From contig CAVXRD010000002.1 in assembly GCA_963764165.1 (NCBI GenBank), forward strand, positions 1,440,001 through 1,504,000: a stretch of 64,000 bases of DNA, in the 5' to 3' direction. Source of the DNA: an uncultured Verrucomicrobiae bacterium. GTDB lineage: Bacteria > Verrucomicrobiota > Verrucomicrobiia > Limisphaerales > Palsa-1400. The notes below the pieces were generated by a model. The model searched no databases, was not told the DNA's origin, and worked only from the letters and a program-made list of their open reading frames with translations. Below, piece after piece: positions 19,213 through 28,200 of the stretch (position 1 is its first letter; each line of letters starts with the position of its first letter). A program made the position numbers and the translations under genes.

Positions 19213-20549
19213 GGTGTTTTCGTGGTGGATGAGGCTGAACCGAACACATTTTGGAATTTTGCTTCGACGTTTTGCAAATGAAAATCAACGGAGCAAAGGC
19301 TTTCCAGTTCACCGGGCGTGAAATGTTTGTTGACGTCCGGGTCGAGGCGCAATTGCTGGAGAAAATCCGCGTCGTCACGCCCGGCGTGCTTGGCTTTCCA
19401 CGTCTGCATGGCATTGCGCTGCACCAATTCGTAAGCCGCCTCGCGGGTCAGCCCTTTGCGGATGAGCGCGAGCAAAACCGTTTGCGAATTCCACAGGCCG
19501 AGCGAAAGCGCGAGGTTGCGCTTCATGTTTTCCGGATAAACGATCAAGCCGCCAGTGAGCTTGGCCAGCGTTGAAAGCATGTAATCCAGCAGCGTGCAGG
19601 AATCCGGGAAAATAACGCGCTCGACGGAGCTGTGGCTAATGTCCCGCTCGTGCCAGAGCGCGACGTTTTCCAGGGCCGCGACTGCATTGCCTCGCAGCAC
19701 GCGGGCCAGGCCGGACAAGCGTTCTCCAGTGATCGGGTTGCGCTTGTGCGGCATGGCGCTTGAGCCTTTTTGGCCGGGTGCAAAAAATTCCTCCGCTTCC
19801 AAAACTTCGGTGCGCTGCAAATGGCGGAACTCCGTGGCCCAGCGCTCCACACTCGCACCAGTCAACGCCAGCACGCCGATGAATTCAGCGTGGATGTCGC
19901 GCTGGATGACTTGCGTTGCCAGCGGGGCTGGGCGCAATCCTAGCTTCGCGCAAACGAACGCCTCCACCTTCGGCGAAAGATGCGCGCTGGTGCCGACCGC
20001 TCCTGAAAGTTTTCCGATGGCGACCCGCTCGCGTGTCGTTTTCAAACGTTCCAAAGCGCGGGTGAATTCGTCATGCATCAAGGCCATCTTCAAGCCGAAC
20101 GTAATCGGCTCGGCATGAATGCCGTGGCTGCGCCCGATCATCGGCGTGAATTGATGCTCGTGCGCGCGTTTGGCAATCACCTCGCGCAGCGCCAGCAAAT
20201 CTTGGATGAGAATATCCGCCGACTGCGCCATCTGGACGGCGAAAGCCGTGTCGCCCACATCGCTGCTGGTCAATCCGAAATGGAGCCAGCGGCTGGCGGG
20301 GTCGCCAATATTTTCGGAGACGTTGGTGGTAAATGCAATGACGTCATGGTTGAGCGTCTTTTCCAATTCCTTGCATCGTTCGACGGTGAAGGCCGCGCCT
20401 GATTTCATTTTCTCGAAATCGGCGGCGGGGATCAGTCCTTCGGCGACCAAGGCTTCGGCGGCCAGCAATTCAATTTGGAGCCAGATTTCCAGCTTGCGCT
20501 GCTCGGTCCAAATGTCGCGCATGGCAGCGCGTGAATAGCGTTGAATCAT
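19209..20549 (-). CDS. purB: Adenylosuccinate lyase
   Basis: 'HFGLTSSD', 'GRSHGIHAEP', 'GSSAMPHKRNP', 'LWHERDISHSSVER'. Confidence 0.97.
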   Translation of the reverse strand: MIQRYSRAAMRDIWTEQRKLEIWLQIELLAAEALVAEGLIPAADFEKMKSGAAFTVERCKELEKTLNHDVIAFTTNVSENIGDPASRWLHFGLTSSDVGDTAFAVQMAQSADILIQDLLALREVIAKRAHEHQFTPMIGRSHGIHAEPITFGLKMALMHDEFTRALERLKTTRERVAIGKLSGAVGTSAHLSPKVEAFVCAKLGLRPAPLATQVIQRDIHAEFIGVLALTGASVERWATEFRHLQRTEVLEAEEFFAPGQKGSSAMPHKRNPITGERLSGLARVLRGNAVAALENVALWHERDISHSSVERVIFPDSCTLLDYMLSTLAKLTGGLIVYPENMKRNLALSLGLWNSQTVLLALIRKGLTREAAYELVQRNAMQTWKAKHAGRDDADFLQQLRLDPDVNKHFTPGELESLCSVDFHLQNVEAKFQNVFGSASSTTKTP

Positions 20550-20573
20550 GAATGGGTTGTTTGGTTTGCGAAC

Positions 20574-21473
20574 TCAGCGCCGCGCCATTTTGCTGCGCGC
20601 CGCCTCCAGAATCTGCCGCTCCCTTGGCGTCAAACTATGAATGCCGTGGGCGGAAATTTTTTCCAAAATGGGATCCACTTCGCGGCTGATGAATTCCGCC
20701 GAGGGAATTTCCTCGGTTTCGCTGCGCTGGGCGCGCGCCGGCCGTTTCGGAGAACTCGAAGGAATGGTGGGGCGGGCTGGGCGGCGCTGCCAGAATTCAA
20801 AATTTGTATTCATCGTCCTAACCCATTTCATCCAGGCAATTCCCGTAATCATGCCTCCCAAATGGGCTCCGTGCGCGATGCCGCCGGCCCACAGTGGCTT
20901 TCCGAGAAAGGGCGCGGCGACCCCAAAAACGCTGATGATGCCTTCAAACGCCAGGAGAAATTTCAACGGGAACGTCAGCGGGAACACATAAAAGATCAAC
21001 AGAGTAATCGGATTGTCCGGCGCATGCATGGCATAAGCCGCAATCAACCCAAAAACACCCGCCGAGGCCCCCACCACGCTGCTTGGAACCGCTTGCGGAT
21101 AAATGGCGCGCAACAGGACTTGCAGCGCGATTTCCAGGATGCCCCCAATGGTGCCACTGGCCAGATAGAGCTTCAACATTCCCGCCGAGCCGAGGATGTC
21201 CTCCACCGCGCGCCCGAAGAAATAGAGGCCGAGGAGGTTGCCGAACAAATGAAAAAAGCCACCGTGCAAAAACTGAAAAGTGACAAGCTGATATATTTGC
21301 CAATGAGCGAGTCCATCCATGCTCAGGGCCAGGTAATTTTCCACGAAGCCGCCCCGCAATTTTTCCAAGAGCATTTGGACGATATAACAAGCAATAAGCG
21401 TGACACACAGAATCGTGGTCATCGACCAGTTCGGCCGATAGGGTGTGCGCATGTATTGACGGTCATCCAGCAT
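20574..21473 (-). CDS. Rhomboid family intramembrane serine protease
   Basis: 'FLHG..HLFGN', 'VGASAG', 'AHGAHLGG', C-terminal 'VDPILEKISAHGIHSLT'. Confidence 0.92.
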   Translation of the reverse strand: MLDDRQYMRTPYRPNWSMTTILCVTLIACYIVQMLLEKLRGGFVENYLALSMDGLAHWQIYQLVTFQFLHGGFFHLFGNLLGLYFFGRAVEDILGSAGMLKLYLASGTIGGILEIALQVLLRAIYPQAVPSSVVGASAGVFGLIAAYAMHAPDNPITLLIFYVFPLTFPLKFLLAFEGIISVFGVAAPFLGKPLWAGGIAHGAHLGGMITGIAWMKWVRTMNTNFEFWQRRPARPTIPSSSPKRPARAQRSETEEIPSAEFISREVDPILEKISAHGIHSLTPRERQILEAARSKMARR

Positions 21474-21483
21474 TGCGGACAAA

Positions 21484-22005
21484 CTACCTTTGAATGGCTG
21501 GCTTTTCAACGCTTTCGCGTTGAATTCGCGAAATTAACCGCTTGGTCATCTTGACATGGGGGCCGGCGGTCGGGATCTCAAACACGTCGGAGGCAATATC
21601 CCAGCCGTGGGCCTGGTAGAAACCGGCGGCGGGCACGCGCGCATTGCACCAGAGCCAGCCAGCCTTGTCTTCCTGCGTGGCGGCGGCCTCGGCATGCAGG
21701 AGGATTTGCCGGCCAAGACCGAAACGCTGGTAGCCTTTCTCCACCGCCATGCCGCGAAGCTGCCAGGCTGGCTCGCCTCGCCACGAATTGAGCATCATGG
21801 TGGCGCAGGCGATGGGAGGGAGAGAAGCAACGGCAGATATGTGAGGCATGCCGGCGGGAAACGCAGCCCAATGGATGGTTGATGGGGCAGCATCGCCATC
21901 GAAAGACGCGGTTTCTGGCGGCAGGCCTGCGCGCAAAATGCGGTGCCGCAAATCCAGAATGACGTCGACGGTGACGCGGCGGATTTCAATTTCGGGCGCT
22001 GGCAT
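21484..22005 (-). CDS. GNAT family N-acetyltransferase
   Basis: 'LRHRILR', 'QLRGMAV...YQRFGLG', 'WCNAR...GFY', 'GPHVKM'. Confidence 0.9.
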   Translation of the reverse strand: MPAPEIEIRRVTVDVILDLRHRILRAGLPPETASFDGDAAPSTIHWAAFPAGMPHISAVASLPPIACATMMLNSWRGEPAWQLRGMAVEKGYQRFGLGRQILLHAEAAATQEDKAGWLWCNARVPAAGFYQAHGWDIASDVFEIPTAGPHVKMTKRLISRIQRESVEKPAIQR

Positions 22006-22060
22006 GAGGCACAAAATGAGATTTTGCCGCGAGATTGTCAATCGGGCGTTCGCGGAACCG

Positions 22061-22130
22061 CTCCCATTATTCCCATTCCTCCCATAAGTCCCATCTCCGG
22101 AAGAAGAATGGGAATAATGGGAGTTATGAG
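22061..22130. repeat. Inverted 9-bp periodic TCCCAT/ATGGGA tract
   Basis: ctcccattattcccattcctcccataagtcccat ... atgggaataatgggagttatgag. Confidence 0.6.
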
Positions 22131-22131
22131 C

Positions 22132-23046
22132 TTACTTGGTCATGGCCGGCCTAGGACGCGGCTTGTAGAGCGCGAAAATGTCTGTTTGGTGTCGGATTCC
22201 CATATTTTCCGGCGCGCGCGAACCGCTTTCCGGCGGTTTCGTGTAAACGGGGTTCCCAGGCTTGCCCGTTTTCACCTCTTCCACCAATTCCGCCACGCTC
22301 TGCAGCACGCGCGTCGGCTGGTAAACGTAATCGCCCACCATTTCAAATTGCGTTGAACCGCTCAGCACGAGATACGATTGCAACCCGGCTTCAAACGCGC
22401 CTCGAATGTCCGTCTCCATCGTATCGCCAATCATGATGACTTGCTCAGGCGCCGAACCGAATGCGGCCAGCTTCTTGCGCGCCTGCTGGAACATGAAGCC
22501 GTTGGGCTTGCCGAGATAATACGCCCTTCGGCCTGTGCTGGCCTCAAGGAACGAGGCGGTGGCGCCCGCGCCGGGGCGGGTTTTTTCATGGCCCACCGGG
22601 CACCAATTATCCGGGTTGGTGGCCACCAGCCGCGCGCCTTTTTCGATGAGTTCGTGCGCTTTGTTGAGCTTTTCCATCGAAATCGAGCCCTCGCCGACCA
22701 CCACGTAATGCGGGCGGATGGCGTCGTTGGGAATTTTCTGCTCATGCAGCGCCGCCATCAAGCCGCCTTCGCCCACGGCGAAAACGGTGCAATTGGGATC
22801 AGCGGCGCAGAGGAAATCGGCCGTATTCAGCGCGGAAGTGTAAAAATGTTTGCGCGTCAAACCGTGAATGCCCAAGTGCCTGAGCCGCACGACCAGATCT
22901 TCGGGGGTCGGCGCGGAATTGTTGGTCAGGAACAGGAAAGGCGTGCCCGTTGCGTTCAGGGCCTGCACGAAATCAACGGCCCCGGCAATAAGCTGATTCT
23001 CCCGATATATAACCCCGTCCATATCAATCAGGTAGCCTGTTTTCAT
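22132..23046 (-). CDS. HAD-IIA family hydrolase (NagD-like)
   Basis: 'LIDMDGV', 'FLTNNS', 'ATNPD', 'GKPN', 'IGDTMETDI'. Confidence 0.92.
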   Translation of the reverse strand: MKTGYLIDMDGVIYRENQLIAGAVDFVQALNATGTPFLFLTNNSAPTPEDLVVRLRHLGIHGLTRKHFYTSALNTADFLCAADPNCTVFAVGEGGLMAALHEQKIPNDAIRPHYVVVGEGSISMEKLNKAHELIEKGARLVATNPDNWCPVGHEKTRPGAGATASFLEASTGRRAYYLGKPNGFMFQQARKKLAAFGSAPEQVIMIGDTMETDIRGAFEAGLQSYLVLSGSTQFEMVGDYVYQPTRVLQSVAELVEEVKTGKPGNPVYTKPPESGSRAPENMGIRHQTDIFALYKPRPRPAMTK

Positions 23047-23159
23047 AGTTTGATTTGATTCGTCTGCAATAAATCCAATGCGGCTGCTGGAACATCAAGG
23101 GAATAGAGCAGTCGGAAGGAATTTGCGGCCGTGGTATTGGCAGCGGCTCATAACTACAC

Positions 23160-23179
23160 CACCACCGGTGGTGTGTCAA
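23160..23179 (-). promoter_or_regulatory. Perfect 14-bp palindrome abutting a TTGACA box upstream of the HAD gene
   Basis: CACCACCGGTGGTG (23160-23173) directly follows minus-strand TTGACA (23174-23179). Confidence 0.4.
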
Positions 23180-23243
23180 GGACCCGTTTTTTGTGGCCAG
23201 CTTTCGCCATGGCGCTCCCGCCGCGCCATCTTGCTGCGCGGAA

Positions 23244-23269
23244 CGGCTCGGCCGGAGTCTCGCCCCACC
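23244..23269. repeat. REP-like palindrome (family of 54204-54263)
   Basis: cggctcggccggagtctcgccccacc resembles cggctcggcgggagcctccccctacc (reverse complement of 54238-54263). Confidence 0.6.
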
Positions 23270-23291
23270 GGAATTCAGCAAGGATCAACGC

Positions 23292-24392
23292 TCACGGAAC
23301 TGGCGCTTCGTAAGGCAGGCTGAGCGCGTCGGCGACGGCTTTGTGCGTGACTTTGCCGTTCATCACGTTGATGCCGCCAAGCAATGCCGGTTGCATCTCG
23401 CAAGCTTCCTTCAACCCCAGATCCGCCAGCATTTCGACGTAACGATGCGTCACGTTGGTAAGCCCTTGCGTCGCGGTGCGCGCATATGCGCCGGGCATGT
23501 TCGCGACGCAGTAATGCACCACGCCTTCCTCCACGTACGTCGGATGATCATGCGTGGTGGGGCGCGAGGTGGATGAGCATCCTCCCTGATCAATGGCGAT
23601 GTCCACGAACACGCTGCCGGGGCGCATTTTGCGGAGCATAAGGCGGTCAATCAACTTCGGCGCTTTCGCCCCAGGCACGAGCACCGCGCCGATCAGCAAA
23701 TCAACCTGCGGCAGCAAATCGTGCAGATGCGCTTCGCTCGAGTAAAGCGTGTTGGCCGAATGCAGCGTAATGTCGAGGAAACGCATGCGCTCCGTGTCCA
23801 CTTCAAGAATCGTGACATCCGCGCCAATTCCCGTGGCCATGCGGGCCGCGTTGATTCCGCTGGTGCCGCCGCCGAGGACGACGACTTTCCCGGGCAGCAC
23901 TCCCGGCACGCCGCCCAGCAATACGCCGCTGCCGCCATTATGCTTGGCCAGATAATATCCGCCGACCAGGACGGACATGCGCCCGGCGATTTCGCTCATG
24001 GGCTCCAGCAGCGGCAGGCGGCGGTTGAGTTCAATCGTCTCATACGCGATGCCGGTGACGCCGGAATTCATCATCGCCAGCGTCAAAGCCTTGTCGGCGG
24101 CCAGGTGCAAATACGTGAAAAGAATCTGCCCTTTGTGCATCAGCTCAAATTCCGATTCCTGCGGCTCCTTGACCTTGACGATCAAATCGGCCTTGTGAAA
24201 AACGGTTTCGTGATGGGAGGACATCTGCGCGCCGGCCTGTTCGTAATCGGCGTCGCAATATCCCGCCCCGGCCCCGGCGTTCCGCTCGACGATGACTTGG
24301 TGGCCGCGTTTGGCCAGTTGGTAGACGGCCGAAGGCAGCAGGGCCACGCGATGTTCCTGCAGTTTAATCTCACGAGGGACTCCAATAATCAT
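23292..24392 (-). CDS. ald: Alanine dehydrogenase
   Basis: 'IGVPREIK..EHRVAL', 'VKVKEP', 'FTYLHLA', 'PMSEIAGR', 'DIAIDQGG', 'HYCVANMPGA'. Confidence 0.97.
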   Translation of the reverse strand: MIIGVPREIKLQEHRVALLPSAVYQLAKRGHQVIVERNAGAGAGYCDADYEQAGAQMSSHHETVFHKADLIVKVKEPQESEFELMHKGQILFTYLHLAADKALTLAMMNSGVTGIAYETIELNRRLPLLEPMSEIAGRMSVLVGGYYLAKHNGGSGVLLGGVPGVLPGKVVVLGGGTSGINAARMATGIGADVTILEVDTERMRFLDITLHSANTLYSSEAHLHDLLPQVDLLIGAVLVPGAKAPKLIDRLMLRKMRPGSVFVDIAIDQGGCSSTSRPTTHDHPTYVEEGVVHYCVANMPGAYARTATQGLTNVTHRYVEMLADLGLKEACEMQPALLGGINVMNGKVTHKAVADALSLPYEAPVP

Positions 24393-24470
24393 ATTGCCGG
24401 AAATGGTGCTGCTGCATGCGGCATTGTCAAGGGACAACGGAAAGCGAAGGCTGTGAAGCGCAAAGAATCG

Positions 24471-24609
24471 AATCTGGAACTCAGGAAATCAAGAAAAGAG
24501 GCCTCCGGACCGATGCAAGCGCATTTGGGCGCAACCGTCTTGGTCGCCCTGACTGGTCCATTATAACCACCAGAAAGTCCACCGTTCCTGAGTTCGTGAG
24601 TTCCAGATT
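24471..24609. repeat. MITE-like element with 25-bp imperfect inverted arms (9-bp period)
   Basis: aatctggaactcaggaaatcaagaa ... ttcctgagttcgtgagttccagatt. Confidence 0.65.
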
Positions 24610-24641
24610 AACCCTTGCCGAAACCCCAATAAGGAATGAAT

Positions 24642-24736
24642 GTGCATAAATCTCGAAAAATCGGTAACATTGGCTGCATCGTTGATGATCAATTAGATAG
24701 TAGGTAACAATGGGTTCCTCGCCATATTCGGTGGAA
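24642..24736. repeat. Degenerate iteron-like element (copy T)
   Basis: Aligns ungapped at a 175-bp offset to copy S (atctcgaaaaa..ggYaaca...gttga..atcaa..agata...ggYaaca); 24709-24736 matches 45731-45758 at 22/28. Confidence 0.75.
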
Positions 24737-24817
24737 TGAGACAACTCGTTAGCCGTCGCTGCGGGACAACCCATTTGGAGTCCAGGCTTGGCACTGGCTT
24801 GGCCAAAGCTCGGTATG

Positions 24818-24922
24818 ATGTATGATCTCGAAAAAGGGGCAACACCCGCTACACGGTTGACCATCAACGAGATAAGGGGCAACAAAAATAGCAACAAACC
24901 CGCAACAGACCCGCAACATTTC
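24818..24922. repeat. Iteron-like GCAACA array (copy S)
   Basis: About 69/90 nt ungapped identity to 559-648; GCAACA at 24839, 24879, 24891, 24902 and 24913. Confidence 0.85.
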
Positions 24923-25007
24923 TTCCCGCGCTGTCTGGTTGCATGAAACGCGGCGTCTTTCCGTCCTTCCCTGAAAATTTTCATCAAGATGCCTGCACCA
25001 TCATTTG

Positions 25008-25071
25008 TTCCATTGAAAACAGCGAGGAACCTAACATTTGCAGCTACACGTCGGTAACAATCAGCTACATT
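25008..25071. repeat. Degenerate iteron-like element (copy U)
   Basis: gctaca/gtaaca/gctaca at 25043, 25054 and 25064; reverse complement aligns to 45845-45909 at about 45/65. Confidence 0.7.
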
Positions 25072-25255
25072 TCCCCCGGTTTAAACAGGAGTCTCCCGCG
25101 AGCCTGGCGTCCAATTGCAAAGTCGGTGCTAGTCTCGAGAATAAATGTTAACCGGGCGGTTGTTTGGCTGGGTACCCAAAAAGTTTCCTACCAGCTGTTC
25201 GGGTAACACCCTATAGTGCCAGCGGGTTTTTTCATTATGATCATTATTCTGACTT

Positions 25256-28200
25256 ATGACACGCAAACCCATCTCTCTTCCCGCGCCACTCTGGCTGGTT
25301 CTGTTCACCCTCGTGGCACTGGCATCAAGCGCCCGGGCAACGGTGCTGGCGATCACCGAGTGCAATTGCTCCAACATAACTATTCTGGTGGAGAAATTCA
25401 CCAATTACCCCCCCGGCGCGCTCACGGTGACGCTTGGTGGCACTGCTACTAATGGCGGGGTGCTGGTTCCGAGCACCTTTTACTATACGAACCAAACAAT
25501 AGTGCTGAATCGTCCGGCTGGCCTGGCTGGCGGCGCCATTTGGATAAAGGTTTTCCTGTATAACGTGCTGTTTGCCAATAATAATCTGATTCTTTGCGAG
25601 TGCGCCACCAACACCACATCCACCAATTGCGAATGCACCGGAGCTGAGGGGCCTGCCGGGCCAACCGGACCTGAGGGCCCAAGGGGCCTTTCGGGAGCTG
25701 AGGGACCAAAAGGGGCTTCGGGACCTGAGGGTCCCAAGGGCGTTGCTGGACCAAAGGGCGCTACGGGACCCGCGGGGGTGGCTGGCGCAAAAGGCGCTAC
25801 TGGACCTGCTGGACCCAAAGGATCTCCCGGCACACCCGGAGGAAAAATCGGCCCCGCAGGAACCAACGGTCTGAACGGAACCAATGGGCTATCAGGGGCA
25901 ATCGGCCCTGCGGGCGGGACAGGTGCAACGGGACCCGCTGGGCCAGTGGGAGCAACTGGACTACCCGGTGTCGCAGGACAGCCCGGAGAAATCGGGCCTC
26001 GAGGATTCGCGGGAGCCAACGGGCTAAACGGAACCAATGGATTATCCGGCCCAATAGGACCGGTAGGAGCAACCGGTGCAACTGGATTTACTGGGCCCGC
26101 CGGGCCAGCAGGATTAATGGGTGCAGCCGGCGCAACAGGACAAACGGGTGCCATGGGATTAACCGGGCCAACAGGCCCTGAGGGGCTTGCGGGAACCAAT
26201 GGGCTGAATGGAACCAATGGGGCACCCGGGGCCATCGGCCCCGCGGGAGCAATCGGTGCAACTGGATTTACTGGTCCCGCCGGGCCAGCAGGATTAATGG
26301 GTGCAGCCGGTGCAACAGGACAAACGGGTGCCATGGGATTAACCGGGCCAGCAGGCCCTGAGGGGCTTGCGGGAACCAATGGGCTGAATGGGACCAACGG
26401 GGCACCCGGGGCCATCGGCCCCGCGGGAGCAATCGGTGCAACTGGATTTACTGGTCCCGCCGGGCCAGCAGGATTAATGGGTGCAGCCGGCGCAACAGGA
26501 CAAACGGGTGCCATGGGATTAACCGGGCCAACAGGCCCTGAAGGACTTGCAGGAACCAACGGATTGAATGGAACCAACGGAGCACCCGGGGCCATCGGCC
26601 CCGCGGGAGCAATCGGTACAACTGGATTTACTGGGCCCGCCGGGCCAGCAGGATTAATGGGTGCAGCCGGCGCAACAGGACAAGCGGGTGCCATGGGATT
26701 AACCGGGCCAACAGGCCCTGAGGGACTTGCGGGAACCAATGGGCTGAATGGGACCAACGGGGCGCCCGGGGCGATCGGCCCCGCGGGAGCAATCGGTGCA
26801 ACTGGATTTACTGGTCCCGCCGGGCCAGCAGGATTAATGGGTGCAGCCGGCGCAACAGGACAAACGGGTGTCATGGGATTAACCGGGCCAACAGGCTCTG
26901 AAGGGCTTGCGGGAACCAATGGGCTGAATGGAACCAACGGGGCACCCGGGGCGATCGGCCCCGCGGGAGCAATCGGCGCAACTGGATTTACTGGGCCCGC
27001 CGGGCCAGCAGGATTAATGGGTGCAGTCGGCGCAACAGGACAAGCGGGTGCCATGGGATTAACTGGGCCAACTGGCCCTGAGGGGCTTGCGGGAACCAAT
27101 GGGCTGAATGGGACCAACGGGGCACCCGGGGCGATCGGCCCCGCGGGAGCAATCGGTGCAACTGGATTTACTGGGCCCGCCGGGCCAGCAGGATTAATGG
27201 GTGCAGCCGGTGCAATAGGACAAGCGGGTGCCATGGGATTAACCGGGCCAACAGGCCCTGAAGGACTTGCGGGAACCAATGGGCTGAATGGGACCAACGG
27301 GGCAATGGGACTAATGGGTGCGACAGGCTCCGCCGGACCCGCGGGAGCAACTGGCCTTGCCGGACCTGTGGGACCGCAAGGACAAGTGGGAGCAACCGGC
27401 GCAACCGGACTCGCGGGCGCGGCAGGATTGACTGGAGCAACTGGCGTCGAAGGACCCGCAGGAACTAATGGACTGAATGGAACTAACGGGCTCAATGGAA
27501 TCAATGGATCAACCGGGGCAATCGGGCCTGCGGGATCAACCGGAGCAACAGGACTCATGGGCACAACGGGACTGCCTGGGGCACCGGGTCTTGACGGAAC
27601 CAACGGATTGAATGGAACCAATGGGACAACAGGACTTACAGGTGCGACAGGGGCTGCCGGACCTGCGGGAGCAACTGGCCCTGCTGGGCCTGCAGGAGCG
27701 CAAGGAGTGGTCGGAGCAACCGGAGCAACAGGACTCATGGGCACAACGGGACTGCCTGGGGCGCCGGGCCTTGACGGAACTAACGGATTGAATGGAACCA
27801 ATGGGCCCATTGGACTTACAGGTGCAACAGGGGCGGTCGGACTTACGGGAGCAACTGGCCTTGCTGGGCCTGCGGGACCGCAGGGACTAGCAGGAGTAAC
27901 CGGCGCAACCGGACTTGCGGGTGCAGCGGGACCGTCTGGGGTGCCCGGCCTTGACGGAACCAACGGATTAAATGGAACCAATGGGCCAATTGGACTTACA
28001 GGTGCAACCGGGGCAGCCGGACCTGCGGGAGCAACCGGCCTTGCCGGACCTGTAGGAGCGCAAGGACCAGTCGGAGCAACCGGCGCAACTGGACTTGCGG
28101 GCGCGATAGGATTGACCGGAGCAACTGGCGTCGAAGGACCCGCAGGAACTAATGGACTGAATGGAACTAACGGGCTCAATGGAATCAATGGATCAACCGG

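Noticed and set aside
24481..24987. 168-aa minus-strand ORF
   Set aside because: Runs across a MITE-like element and two array copies and has no recognisable motif; probably spurious.
24642..25071. CRISPR or integron attC array
   Set aside because: Units are too long and degenerate for CRISPR, and I saw no integron integrase or cassette ORFs.
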